From Ruditapes philippinarum (lineage: Eukaryota), in NCBI RefSeq assembly GCF_026571515.1, contig NW_026851633.1, positions 434,001 to 498,000 on the forward strand: 64,000 nt of DNA, written 5' to 3'. Each line of letters starts with the position of its first letter. Position 1 is the stretch's first letter. A model generated the notes under the pieces. That model saw nothing but the letters and a program-made list of their open reading frames with translations. It was not told the origin of the DNA and ran no database searches. Below, piece after piece: positions 31,292 to 42,300 of this stretch. The position numbers and the translations under genes were made by a program.

Positions 31292-31911
31292 CTGGTCGGG
31301 GACCATCAACCGGACACTTTTTAAACATTTTTCCGTACAGATTTCATAATTTTTAACCTAGAGACCAACAAATTTGACACAGTTCAGCTAGGTTCTTCTC
31401 ATAACTAACAATATACCGGTAGTTTATTTATTTCTGATTGTATAGACACTTATATCTGAGGCTCGATAAGGAGGGTATCAAAATTACCTAAATTGTCTAC
31501 ACTACAGTACCATTTGTCCGGACAGTTCTGTACATGACGTGATTTAATTAAGATTAAAGCTTGGGTGATTGTTTTTTTTATTTTAAACATGATATACAAT
31601 ATTTCAGCAACAAATGCTGAAGTTTTGGATATTCAATTGTATACTCTGCAAATAATTATAGCTGGTATATGAGGTCAGGCATTGTTTTCTTGACCCCCAA
31701 ATCTCAACGTCAACATTCTTGAAATAGACATTAAAATATTACCATTTATGGAGATTGAAATAAATTTATTTACTTATAATTTAAGAAGGAACATGCATTT
31801 AGTGTTGATAAAAAGGTGACCGACAACCACTGAACAAAGAAATTACTAAATTAAGCATTTTCGAGGCCGTCAAGGTTTGGTGGTTGTCCGGTTTTGGTGG
31901 TCCCCAACCAG
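31292..31911. mobile_element. Tc1/mariner-pogo-type MITE (TA target)
   Basis: TA|CTGGTCGGGGACCATCAACCGGACA ... TGTCCGGTTTTGGTGGTCCCCAACCAG|TA. Confidence 0.75.
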
Positions 31912-32137
31912 TATATAGATATATGTATTTTGCTTCTAAAATTTTGAATTATTCTTCATTTAATGAGAATCAATATTTTTTTGTGAAAACATAAATTTTT
32001 ATGTGAAAACCTGACTTAAAATAAATTAGATCTACATCACTGATGACAATAATTCATTCATTATTTGCGAATCATATTATTTTATCATTTATCGATATTG
32101 AATGATACAGAAAAGTGAATGTAATATAAACCCTCAC

Positions 32138-32157
32138 CATTTCCGAAGACTATATCT
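32138..32157 (-). CDS. MAP9: Candidate 20-nt MAP9 micro-exon ending in ATG
   Basis: TTTGCAG|AGATATAGTCTTCGGAAATG|GTGAG. It would splice in phase 0 to the exon starting at 30760, which directly follows an AG acceptor. Confidence 0.5.
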
Positions 32158-32383
32158 CTGCAAATAAGCAAATGATAAGTATTTTGTCTAGCAAAAAATG
32201 TAATAGTTATGATGATTCAACCCAGGGCCTTCCCCTTTTGAAGCGATTTAGGCAAATGTCCCAAAACAAGCTGCAGCATGAAATGTGTGGGGATAAAAAC
32301 ATAAAATAAACTACAATTTACAATGCTGCCGACAAAACATTGAAAGAATTCTTAGCTTATAAAAATATCATTTAAACCCTTAC

Positions 32384-32960
32384 CTTTCCTGATGTTCAGA
32401 TTAATTAAATTATGTTAAAAATACAAATTATCACTACTATTCTACACAAAAATTTCAGCAGGCAGCCATGTTGTTTACGTTACTACGATTCGAAAAATTT
32501 ACATATTAAAATTAAATCTAAACGAAATCTTATTTTGGTCTTTTATGAAAAAAATTGTCAGTTACGATATTTCTTTCATTAATCATATATTTTCGCCATA
32601 AAGTATGGTTTATGCTTATATCTTAAAAATATTTGGCATTAATTTAAATCTCTATTCTATATTTTACTAATTTAATAAATAGACGTGATAAAAAAAATTC
32701 GTTTAGCGCGTTTATGAATTTTTAAAATGTTTATTTTACTTCCTGGATTTTAAAATCTTGTTTTTTGCAAAGGATTAAGAGAAATCAACATAATTTTATA
32801 GGTTATTTGAAATGCTACTTTTATTTATTTTGTGACCATCCGATTAGAGATGTCTTTTTAATTGAGTGACAAATTGTAACAAAATTGAAAGCTGTGCAAA
32901 CTGTTTGGTTTTGATAATTTTTAAAGTTTGAACTGTGGCAACATAGATTTAAAACAGGTA
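32384..32960. promoter_or_regulatory. Candidate MAP9 first exon and possible bidirectional promoter
   Basis: Minus-strand donor AAAG|GTAAGG at 32383; AACATGGCTGCC (YY1-like) at ~32461-32472; plus-strand ACTTCCTGG (ETS-like) at ~32738; plus-strand donor-like ACAG|GTACAT at ~32958. Confidence 0.35.
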
Positions 32961-33208
32961 CATGTATAACCTATGTTTAGTAAGGATAGTCTTTAGTTAT
33001 TAAATACAGACTGTAAGAAAACATTTTAGCCTAAAATTTAGGGGCCATTAAATTTGTGACAGGGCCTTTCTTGAAAGTAATATTTCTAATTGAAAGAGCC
33101 TGGAAATTGAAAGCAAAACTTTCTTGTTTAAAAAAACACTCAAAGCCATTGCCATTCTCTTTGCTTGGGTTTTATAAACTGTAGAGCAGTTGCCAACATT
33201 CCCATAGG

Positions 33209-33600
33209 TGTTCAGCGCATTGATTGGTCACTACCCTTGGGCCCCCCTCACCCACTCTACAACCCTCCTACCTCTCAAAACCATGTAAAATGTAGCATTT
33301 TTCATTTGAAACTAGACTAATTTGAAACATGTTTTAATATTTGGTATATGCTTTTAATTCAATTATCTTCATTTCCCACAAAAAAAATGAAAAATTGATA
33401 TAATTAATTAGTAGATCTATATATATATATCAATTTTTTATTTTTTTGTGGGAAATGAAGGTAATTGAATTTAAAAAGCATATACCAAATATTAAAACAT
33501 GTTTCAAATGAAAAGTGCTACATTTAACATGGTATTAGTAGGAGAGTTGTAGAGTGGGTGAGGGGGACCCAGGGGTAGTGACCAATCAACACGCGGAACA
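33209..33600. mobile_element. ~390-bp foldback MITE
   Basis: Arms of ~180 bp are imperfect reverse complements (TTGATTGGTCACTACCC / GGGTAGTGACCAATCAA) around a TA-rich centre. Confidence 0.85.
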
Positions 33601-33632
33601 TTTGAACATTCCTTATTAAAGTGATATCCAAT

Positions 33633-33790
33633 GGGCATCCATGGATAAGTGGTTAAGGTTGTTGACTTTCAGCCACTTGCCCCTCACTGCTGTATTATTG
33701 AATTTCTCCATGGACCTTGATTCAAATTTCAGTCAAGTGAGGAAGCTATCCGGCTGTTCTTAATAAGGTGCCGGCTTGTTCCAGAAATAT
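33633..33790 (+). mobile_element. Degenerate tRNA-derived SINE 5' half
   Basis: GGGCATCCATGGATAAGTGGTTAAGG...CCACTTGCCCCTCAC...GTGAGGAAGCTATC; same family as 29380-29655. Confidence 0.65.
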
Positions 33791-34822
33791 CCAATAAAGA
33801 ATTTAACGGTAAAATCCCATTCAGCAAGCAGATTATGTATTTGTATTCTTTAACCTTTTCCCTCATTATAAGCGTGTTTCATTGTATGAAAAATAAACAA
33901 AATTGTTTCCATTTTTTTTTCTGACCTGATATATATATATATACGGTATATGGAATAATTTCCTGAAGAATGGGTTTGGTTATCTACATTTTGTATATAT
34001 GCACACATACATCATTTACTGTAAATACAATCTCTAAGTCGACAAATTTTTATCTGTGTCAAGAATTATATTTTGTCTTAGTGGTCAAATTAAGTTTTAA
34101 TTTATAATTCTTTTTTTTTTTTTTTTTTTTTTGCACACTGGACAGCATGAATGCACATGGCATTTCAGGGGCATTTTAGGGGTTAAGGAAACAGCCTTTA
34201 TTCAGCTAAAATATTGGGAAAAATCACAGAGTCTTGTTCAGCTTCCATTATTTGTGACTTTTATGGCTATCATAACGAAAATTTAAATTGTTCAGCCAAC
34301 AGTATAGAGCCTGGTCAGACTGCATAGATGCATCTATGTCAGTGGCAAAAGCTAATCATTAAGTTCCAGTAAGTTAAGTTTTGATATATTATAGTTTATA
34401 ATTATTTTGAGAGACCTCTTGTCATTATTTCATACATTTCATATATTATCCTTTGCTGCTGAAACTATAGCATGATAGTTTAACAATTATTGTACATAAC
34501 ATAAGTTCCTTAATACTTAGGGCATTTCAACGTTAGCATTGTTTAACTATGGTATCCTCTCATTAGACTCTTATCACACTCTGAGTTATACATTTGACAT
34601 CTGAACCTTGCTCCTGTTAAGATACTGTATGAGAAATGATCTTGTGCTGTTAACAGTGAAATAAAGATAAATATTTTATGTCAAGTGAATTTAAAATCTC
34701 TAATCTTTATATACTTGTATTGTAAATATTAGGAAAGAGGACTAATTTACTTGACATGACATGAAATGTTGGTATGTTTCTTCAATACTGAATACATTAA
34801 ATCATTAAAACTGTAAAGTCCC

Positions 34823-36838
34823 TTTTTATACGCCCGTTTGAAAAACGGGACGTATTATGGGAACGCCCCTGGCGGGCGGTCGGGCGGCGTCCAATTTTGT
34901 CCGGAGCATATCTCCTACATGTATGGAGGGATTTTAATGAAACTTCATAGAAATTTTCACCACTATGAGGAGCAGTGTCGCGCACATGAACCAGGTCTCT
35001 AGGTCAAAGGTCAAGGTCACACTTAGAGCTCATTGAAAAATGCTTGTCCGGAGCAAAACTTCCACATGTATAGAGGGATTTCAATATTACTTGGCACAAA
35101 TGTTCACCATTGTGAGGCGGAGTGTTGCGCGCAAGATTCAGGTCCTTGCGGCCAAGGTCAAGGTCACACATAGAGGTCAAAGTTCAGATAAAAATATTAA
35201 GATGTGTATATGGACCATTTAGTCATCATTTATTGAGGGATTGTAACACAAATGGTCATCATCAAGACTATGGCTGTGATACATATAAATTTGGGACAAT
35301 ATATACAAGGTTCAAAGGTCACTAAAAGATGATGAAATATCCAGATTTTGTCCCGAGCATATCTCCTACACGCATGGAGGGATTTTTAATGAAATTTCAA
35401 TAGAAACTTTCACCATTATGAGAAGCCATTTCACGCACATGAACTAGGTCTCTAGGTCAAAAGGTCAAGGTCAACGCTTAGAGTTTCAATTGAAAAAAAA
35501 AAACAAAAAAAAACAAAAAACGCTTGTCTGGAGCAAACTTCAACATGCATAGAGGGAAATTTCAATATAACTTGGCACAAATGTTCACCACTGTGAGGCG
35601 GAGTGTCGCGCACAAAACTCAGGTCCCTGCAGCCAAGCGTCAAGGTCATACACAGAGGTCAAAGTTTAGATAAAAATATGAAGATGTGTATAGGGACCAT
35701 TTAGTCATCATTTATTGATGGATTGTAGCACAAATGGTAACTATCATGACTACAGGTGTGACACATTTAATTTAGGTTAATATTTGCAAGGTCAAGGTCA
35801 CTGGAGATGATTAAATATCCAGATGTGTATAGGGACGATTTAATCAACATTTATTGAGGGATTGTAACACAAATGGTCATTATCATGACTACGGCTGTGA
35901 CACATGTACTTTAGGTCAATATATGCAAGGTCAAGGTCACTTAAGATGGTGAAATATCCAGATTTTGTCTGGAGCATATCTCCTACATGTATGGAAGAAT
36001 TTTTATAATACTTTATGGAAATGTTCACCACCATAAAATATGTATTGCTCCATGCATGATCCAGGTCTCCAGGTCAAAGGTCAAGGACACACTTAGAGCT
36101 CATTGAAAAACGCTTGTCCGGAGCAAAACTTCTAGGGGATTTCAATATAACTTGGCACAAATGTTCACCATTGTGAGGCTGAGTGTCGCACGCAAAATTC
36201 AGATCCCTGCGACCAAAGTCAAGGTCACACATAGAGGTCAAAGTTCAGATAAAAATTTGAAGATGTGTATAGGGACCATTTAGTCATCATTTAGTGATGG
36301 ATTGTAGCACAAATGGTAACTATCATGACTACAGGTGTGACACATTTAATTTAGGTTAATATTTGCAAGGTCAAGGTCACTGGAGATGATTAAATATCCA
36401 GATGTTGTCCGGAGCATATTTTCTACATGCATGGAGGAATTTTAATGTTACTTTATAGAATTGTTCACCACCATGAGACGTAGTGCCCTGCACATGAACC
36501 AAGTCTCTAGGTCAAAGGTGAAGGTCACAGTTAGAGCTCATAGAAAAACGCTTGTCTGGAGCAAAACTTCTACATGCATAGAGGGATTTCAATATAATTT
36601 GGCACAAATGTTCATCATTGTGAGGCTGAGTGCCGTGCATAAAATTCAGGTCCCTGCGACCAAGGTCAAGGTCACACATCCTGTGCATATCTTCCCTACT
36701 GATTTGTTTTAAGGTTCATTTAACAAAACAGTGCCAAGAATAAAAACTTGCTTGCTAGATAACACTTATCCATAATGCCCCCATCTCCATCTAAAGCTTT
36801 CGTAAACGGGCGTATTTTGTGACTATGGCACCCTTTTT
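34823..36838 (+). mobile_element. HINE element with higher-order internal array
   Basis: 5' TTTTTATACGCCCGTTTGAAAAACGGGACGTAT hairpin, GGCG microsatellite, 12 monomers of three types with an AGGTCAAGGTCAC core, and 3' AAACGGGCGTAT subterminal IR plus a short hairpin. Confidence 0.85.
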
Positions 36839-36911
36839 AATTAATATAATTAATATTCTTATAGTAAAGAAAAGAAATTGTTTAGAATATTTCAATAAAG
36901 TACATTTAATT

Positions 36912-37241
36912 AAGTAAATCCACTATAATCATTGTATGCTCCTGGGACTTAGAACAATGGGGAGCATATATAATGATTGGTTTAAGTCTGAACGAAAAAC
37001 TTGTGAACATTCTTTCTTTTTTTTCTGCATGATTATTTTAATTGAGAAAAAAGATCCAAAAAAATACACTGTTTAAAATTTGATATAAGTAAATCCACTA
37101 CAACCATTTTTATGCTCCTGGGACTTAGAACAAATGAGGAGCATATTATGATTGGTTTAAGTCTGAACGAAAAACTTGTGATCATTCTTTCTTTTTTTTC
37201 TGGATGATTATTTTAATTGAGAAAAAAGATACAAAAAAATA
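36912..37241. repeat. ~175-bp direct tandem duplication
   Basis: AAGTAAATCCACTA...TATGCTCCTGGGACTTAGAACAA...GAGAAAAAAGAT occurs at 36912 and 37087. Confidence 0.85.
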
Positions 37242-37679
37242 AAAGCCTTGTGCTTGCAAATTAAATCAACTCAAACCTTATCAAACTATGATAAAACAAT
37301 AGTACATTTTTAATTTAATTTTTTGTATGTTAATTCTTGATATATTTTGCTTCTCTTTCTCTTTAAAGTACCCCAATTGATCAATGTCTTATGTAAGAAA
37401 TTCAATTTTATGTACATCAGTGGAGTTCCTTTACATGTATGTGGAATTTTTTCCTGTTTCTTTTTTTTTTGGTTGAAAAAAATGCCACATAAAAAATCAA
37501 TGGAAAAAGACTCCAAGTGATGGTACATAAAATTATGTACCTACTGTTATCATTGCCTGATCAATAATTTGAGAAGTAAAAATCTATGTTTTTTTTAAAG
37601 CAGTGATAATAGGCTTTCTTTTTTATACAGGTCTGTATACAGCCCTTTATTATGTTCAATCTTTTTTTGCAACACATAA

Positions 37680-38530
37680 CAGTCTGTGCGAAAGTCTGTC
37701 GGTTCTCGGACTTGCCAACTAAAAATCGGGTGGGCCAAGATAAATTTCTATACTGAGTCAGTCCTCATGTCCGAATAAATATTTCAGCCAGTTTGAAACA
37801 ATTTTTGGCCTTCTAAAATATACAAAACTTCCAAGATCAATCTTTTTTTTTTCATCTTTGCATGTCTTCACAGACCCAGATAACCAAAATCACTGCAAGA
37901 TACAACCAGTTTTTGCTAAGTAATGTAAGCCACCATGTTGTCTTGGATAATTTCCTTACCAAAACATATTTTATCTCCTATCTTCAAAATTAAACCTTTG
38001 AAAGATGTATCGTTTTCTTAAGAATTATGCTAATGTTTATTTATTATGTTTCTGTATTTTTTTCATAGTATCTTATAGTTGAGTCTGATAATTCATATTT
38101 GCTAAATATTTTTGTTTATTAATTATGGCAATATCCCTTCCCCACCCCTACAAAAAAAGTCCAGGCCGTGAAAAAAACATCAGGGCCGGAAATAAATCCC
38201 AGTCCCACAGGTGCTCGTCCAGTCTTTGAAGTTTTTAAAAAAAACAAAAAAAACATAAAAATAACTATTTTTGGGTTGAGTGTAAGAAAAAAAAAATTGA
38301 AAAAAAATTTTTTTTTTCCTATATACCATTACTATGAAGTATTACTTCGTATAATGGTATATAGGAAAAAAAAAAAATTCATTTTTTTTTCTTACACTCA
38401 ACCCAAAAATAGTTTGTTTTTTTTTGTTTTTTTTTCAACTTCAATTTTTTTTATATGGGCACCAAGACTGGACAAGCACCTGTGTCCAGTCCTTGTGGCT
38501 GGAATTTTTTTTTGACTTTCGCAGTGACTG
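37680..38530. mobile_element. Non-autonomous hAT-like element with 6-bp TSD and internal palindrome
   Basis: TIR CAGTCTGTGCGAAAGTC ... GACTTTCGCAGTGACTG. ACATAA is at 37674-37679 and 38531-38536. A palindrome spans ~38195-38508. Confidence 0.7.
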
Positions 38531-39367
38531 ACATAAGCTTATCAATAATATTTAACTGTAATTTTTGCTTGAAAATTCCAAAATTGAGACAACTACTGTA
38601 GAATCACTTTTTTCTATAATTGCCATTTGCCATCAATGTTATAGGTATTTTACATTGATTAGACAGAAATCATGATTTTGGTTAGTTATTACGATACATG
38701 AACAAACTTGAATTATATGATTGTGTTTATGTATACATGTATTAATTATTCATACATAATTATGCCAATAACCAGTATAGTAATGTCACACAAACGATCA
38801 GGGATTGATAAATCTACAATACGGTAATAATTTTACACAACATGAAGTGTACTGTTAGAAGGAAGTGGAATAAAAGAAAAAAATAGGAAAGATTTACATG
38901 TTTATTTTAAAAATAATTTTTGTGATTAAATTGGTATTCATTAGTTATATATATTTTACAATGTTATACATTTTGTCATGGCTTGTTATATCTTGTGAAG
39001 ATAAAATGTGACTGAGATATTTTAAGTTTTACAGATGAATAACAGAAACAAAATGACAAGCTGGCTGAATTTTGGAAGGAACATTTCATCTTTATTCATT
39101 TTATTCATTAATTTTAATCCTGCTGGCTGAGCAACTAATCTAACCCATGTGACCAGTACAGACCAAGGTCAGCAGCTGACTGATCATGGTCCACACTGAT
39201 CCCTATTTAGTGACAGTCTTTTCCAATTTTTCAAGTTTTTCTTAAAAATGAATGAATGTTTCTGTTAAGGTTGAAAGAATGGACAAGTTCATTTAAGATA
39301 TTCAGCATGGTAAGGGTTAAGACATGTGAATTAAAAACTTTAATTTCGTTGTAGATGAGATAAAACA

Positions 39368-42300
39368 ATGGGCGGAATTCGAGTGAGAAATCTTCCAAAA
39401 AATGTGACAGAGAAACATTTGAAGATATATTTCTCCAAACGAGAGAATGGCGGCGGAAAAATCAAGAAAATATACTACCCACTCTTCAACAATGATGCTG
39501 TTATTCTGTTTGAAGATAAGAAAGGTAAGATTATAATACATAATGTATGAAGTAAGAAAATAAGATTCCTATTTGAATGTAAGGTTACTTTTGATAAAGT
39601 ACCCAATAATAGCAGTCTAACTCTTACATTATGCTGACTGTAGTCTTTTGTTAACTGGATACCACTTGCATCGAAGTTTTTCTCTAAAATCCGGAAGGTA
39701 GCACTGTGCAGCTTACTCTGAAAGAAAACAGGCAGTAAAAATCTCTTAAATCAAGCTTTTATCGCCTATACAGCATTTGTATTTATACAAAACTAAATTA
39801 CTGATCAACATTGGATTACAAAGATATGTGCTTGTTAGTATCTGATGTAGAATTCCAAGAGAAAAGGAAGAAATATCAGTACTGAACGTACTGGAAAGTT
39901 GGACAATAACTAAGCATACATTTATAGAACATGTATAAACAACAACAACTGTTGATGCTCTCAACTTTATTAAGTGTTTTGTATGCTCTTAAATGTGCTA
40001 CATGCATATCAATGTTGATTAAATGCTGTAAATAAATGTAATTATCTACAGTATTACATGATTAACCCCTAAACACGATCATATTACCCAGTATTGCCCA
40101 CTTTAGGGAGTATTGCCCAGTTGGCTGGTACTGAAAAATTTAAGGCTGGCATTAGATTTGCATGATTGGCATTTAAGGTTGGCATTAGAATTGCATGATT
40201 GAAAGCTGGCAACAGACTTGTTTCCAAATAAAACGACTATGCTCTGAAATAATGTGTGTACAATATGAAAATTCTTAGCCCTAGAGATAGCTGATTTGCT
40301 TTAAACTAAGATATGCACATGTTTTGCTAAAAAAATACAGCAGGCATCGTGACCCTTCTCTAGAATAAGGCACAGTTAAGCATGCTGCATGCATGATAGG
40401 TTTTGCTTTAAAATAAAGTAGACTGCTTCTGTGTCTAGAATAAGGCAGGCAACAGCTTTGCTTTTAAATATTGCAGGCCACAGCATTGCCCAAATATCAA
40501 TTGGTGAAATTGCTCTCTAAAATAAGGCAGACAGCAAAGTTTCTCTGAAAATTAAAGAGTTAACAGTTTTTACTTAAATGTTTCAATAAGTCTGTAATTT
40601 TTCTACACCCGCACAACAAAGTTGTAACAGGTGTATACTAGAATCAGCTCGTCCGTCCGACCGTCTATCAGTTTTTCCTTGTCCGCCCAATAGCTTAAGA
40701 ATCCTTTGACCCACAGTCTTCATATTTGGTTTTGAGATTGATCATGATAAGTATATGACCCCAGTTGATTTTGAGGTCACCAGGCCTAAGGTCAAGGTTA
40801 CAAGGACTTTGACTATAAAAAAACATGTCCACCCAGCCATAGTCTTCAAATTTGGCATGGAGGCTAGTCATGATAATTAGATGACCCCTCTTATTTTTGA
40901 GGCCACTGGGTCAAAGGTCAAGGTCACATGGGCCTTGACTTCAAAAAGCTTGTCCGTTCAATTGCTTTACAATGCTTTGGTCAACTGTAATTTAACCTTT
41001 TACCCCCATGAGCATATTGCGAAAAATGACCGTTTTCATTGAAAAGCCTCCTGTAACAAGTTCAAACTGCTATTAAACTATGAAAATGCTTCAATACTGA
41101 TGAAACTTGGCACAAATGTTGACTAAACCATAGCCTCTGTAACAGCATGCTCAATCGTAAATTTCCTGTGAACATGGCAACGGGGGGACGTCTCAAAATT
41201 GCCAAAAATCACAAGGGAAAAGGTTAATATTGAGGTTGGTAATGACTAGTCGATGACCTTTTTTGATTTTGAGGTCACTAGGTCAAAGTTCAAGGTCAGA
41301 AGGGCATTGACTAAGAAAGCTTGTCCATCCCATAACTTAAGAATCCTTTGACCAACAATTTTCATATTTGGCATGGAGGCTAGACATGACCATAAAATGA
41401 CCACTATTGCTTTTTAGGTCACTGGGTCAAAGGTCAATGTCACAGCGGCCTTAACTTAAAAAGCTTGTCCGCCCAAAAACCTTAGAATCCTTTGACCCAC
41501 ACTTGTCATATTTAGCATGTAAGTTGATCATGACCATTAGGTCTAGGTCACATGGGCCTTTAGTCCAAAAAGCTTGTCCGCTCAATTGATTAAGAATGCT
41601 TTGAGGTCAGGAAGTCAAAGGTTAAGGTCACTTTGAATCTTTACCACTAAAAACATGTAGAATACATATCATAACTTAGAAATGCACTGACTCACTACCC
41701 TCAGATTTGGTAAGGAGGTTGTCTTTGAGCTCTAAATGACCACTGTTGATTCGGTTGTCTTTGAGCTCTAAATGACCACTGTTGATTCTGACAAATTGGT
41801 ATGCGGGAGTATTTAGGCCATGGCAGTGGGAGTTCTAGTTGTATTTATTTTTGTACTCATTTCAGTTATTGACAGTATTCTGAAGATTGAACATCGTTTT
41901 GTTGTACAGGAACTTCCAGAACACATGGTAAGTAATTAACTGCCTTTATATTATATCTTCCATTGTCTGAATTAAGAGAATAAGTTATCTTTTCTATTGT
42001 TTGAATGATTGAATTATGATTAACTTTTCTTAACTTTATCATTTATTTTTGGAAAGGATTCATGCTCGGACAAAACAACAAGTGTGACTAGACAGACCTA
42101 TTAAAATTAAAAACAGAAAAAACTTAATTTCTTTTCTTTAATTTTCTTTTTAAAGATTTGTTTAAACTGTTAATTTGTTTGCTTTTAGAAAAAGTAAAAA
42201 AAGACAAGCGTTGCCCCCGCCTGGCGGTGGCTCTTGTTATATTATATGAATAACCTATTGATATTATGATGATGATATTTGTGTAATAAAGCTGTATGTC

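Noticed and set aside
34797-36712. Short ORFs with KVKVT / LTLT motifs
   Set aside because: They are translations of the AGGTCAAGGTCAC repeat core.
38168-38515. 115-aa K/F-rich ORF
   Set aside because: It is a translation of poly-A/poly-T palindrome arms.
40060-40560. Loose AAATAAGGCAG / GGCATTAG repeats
   Set aside because: Too degenerate to define a unit or boundaries by eye.
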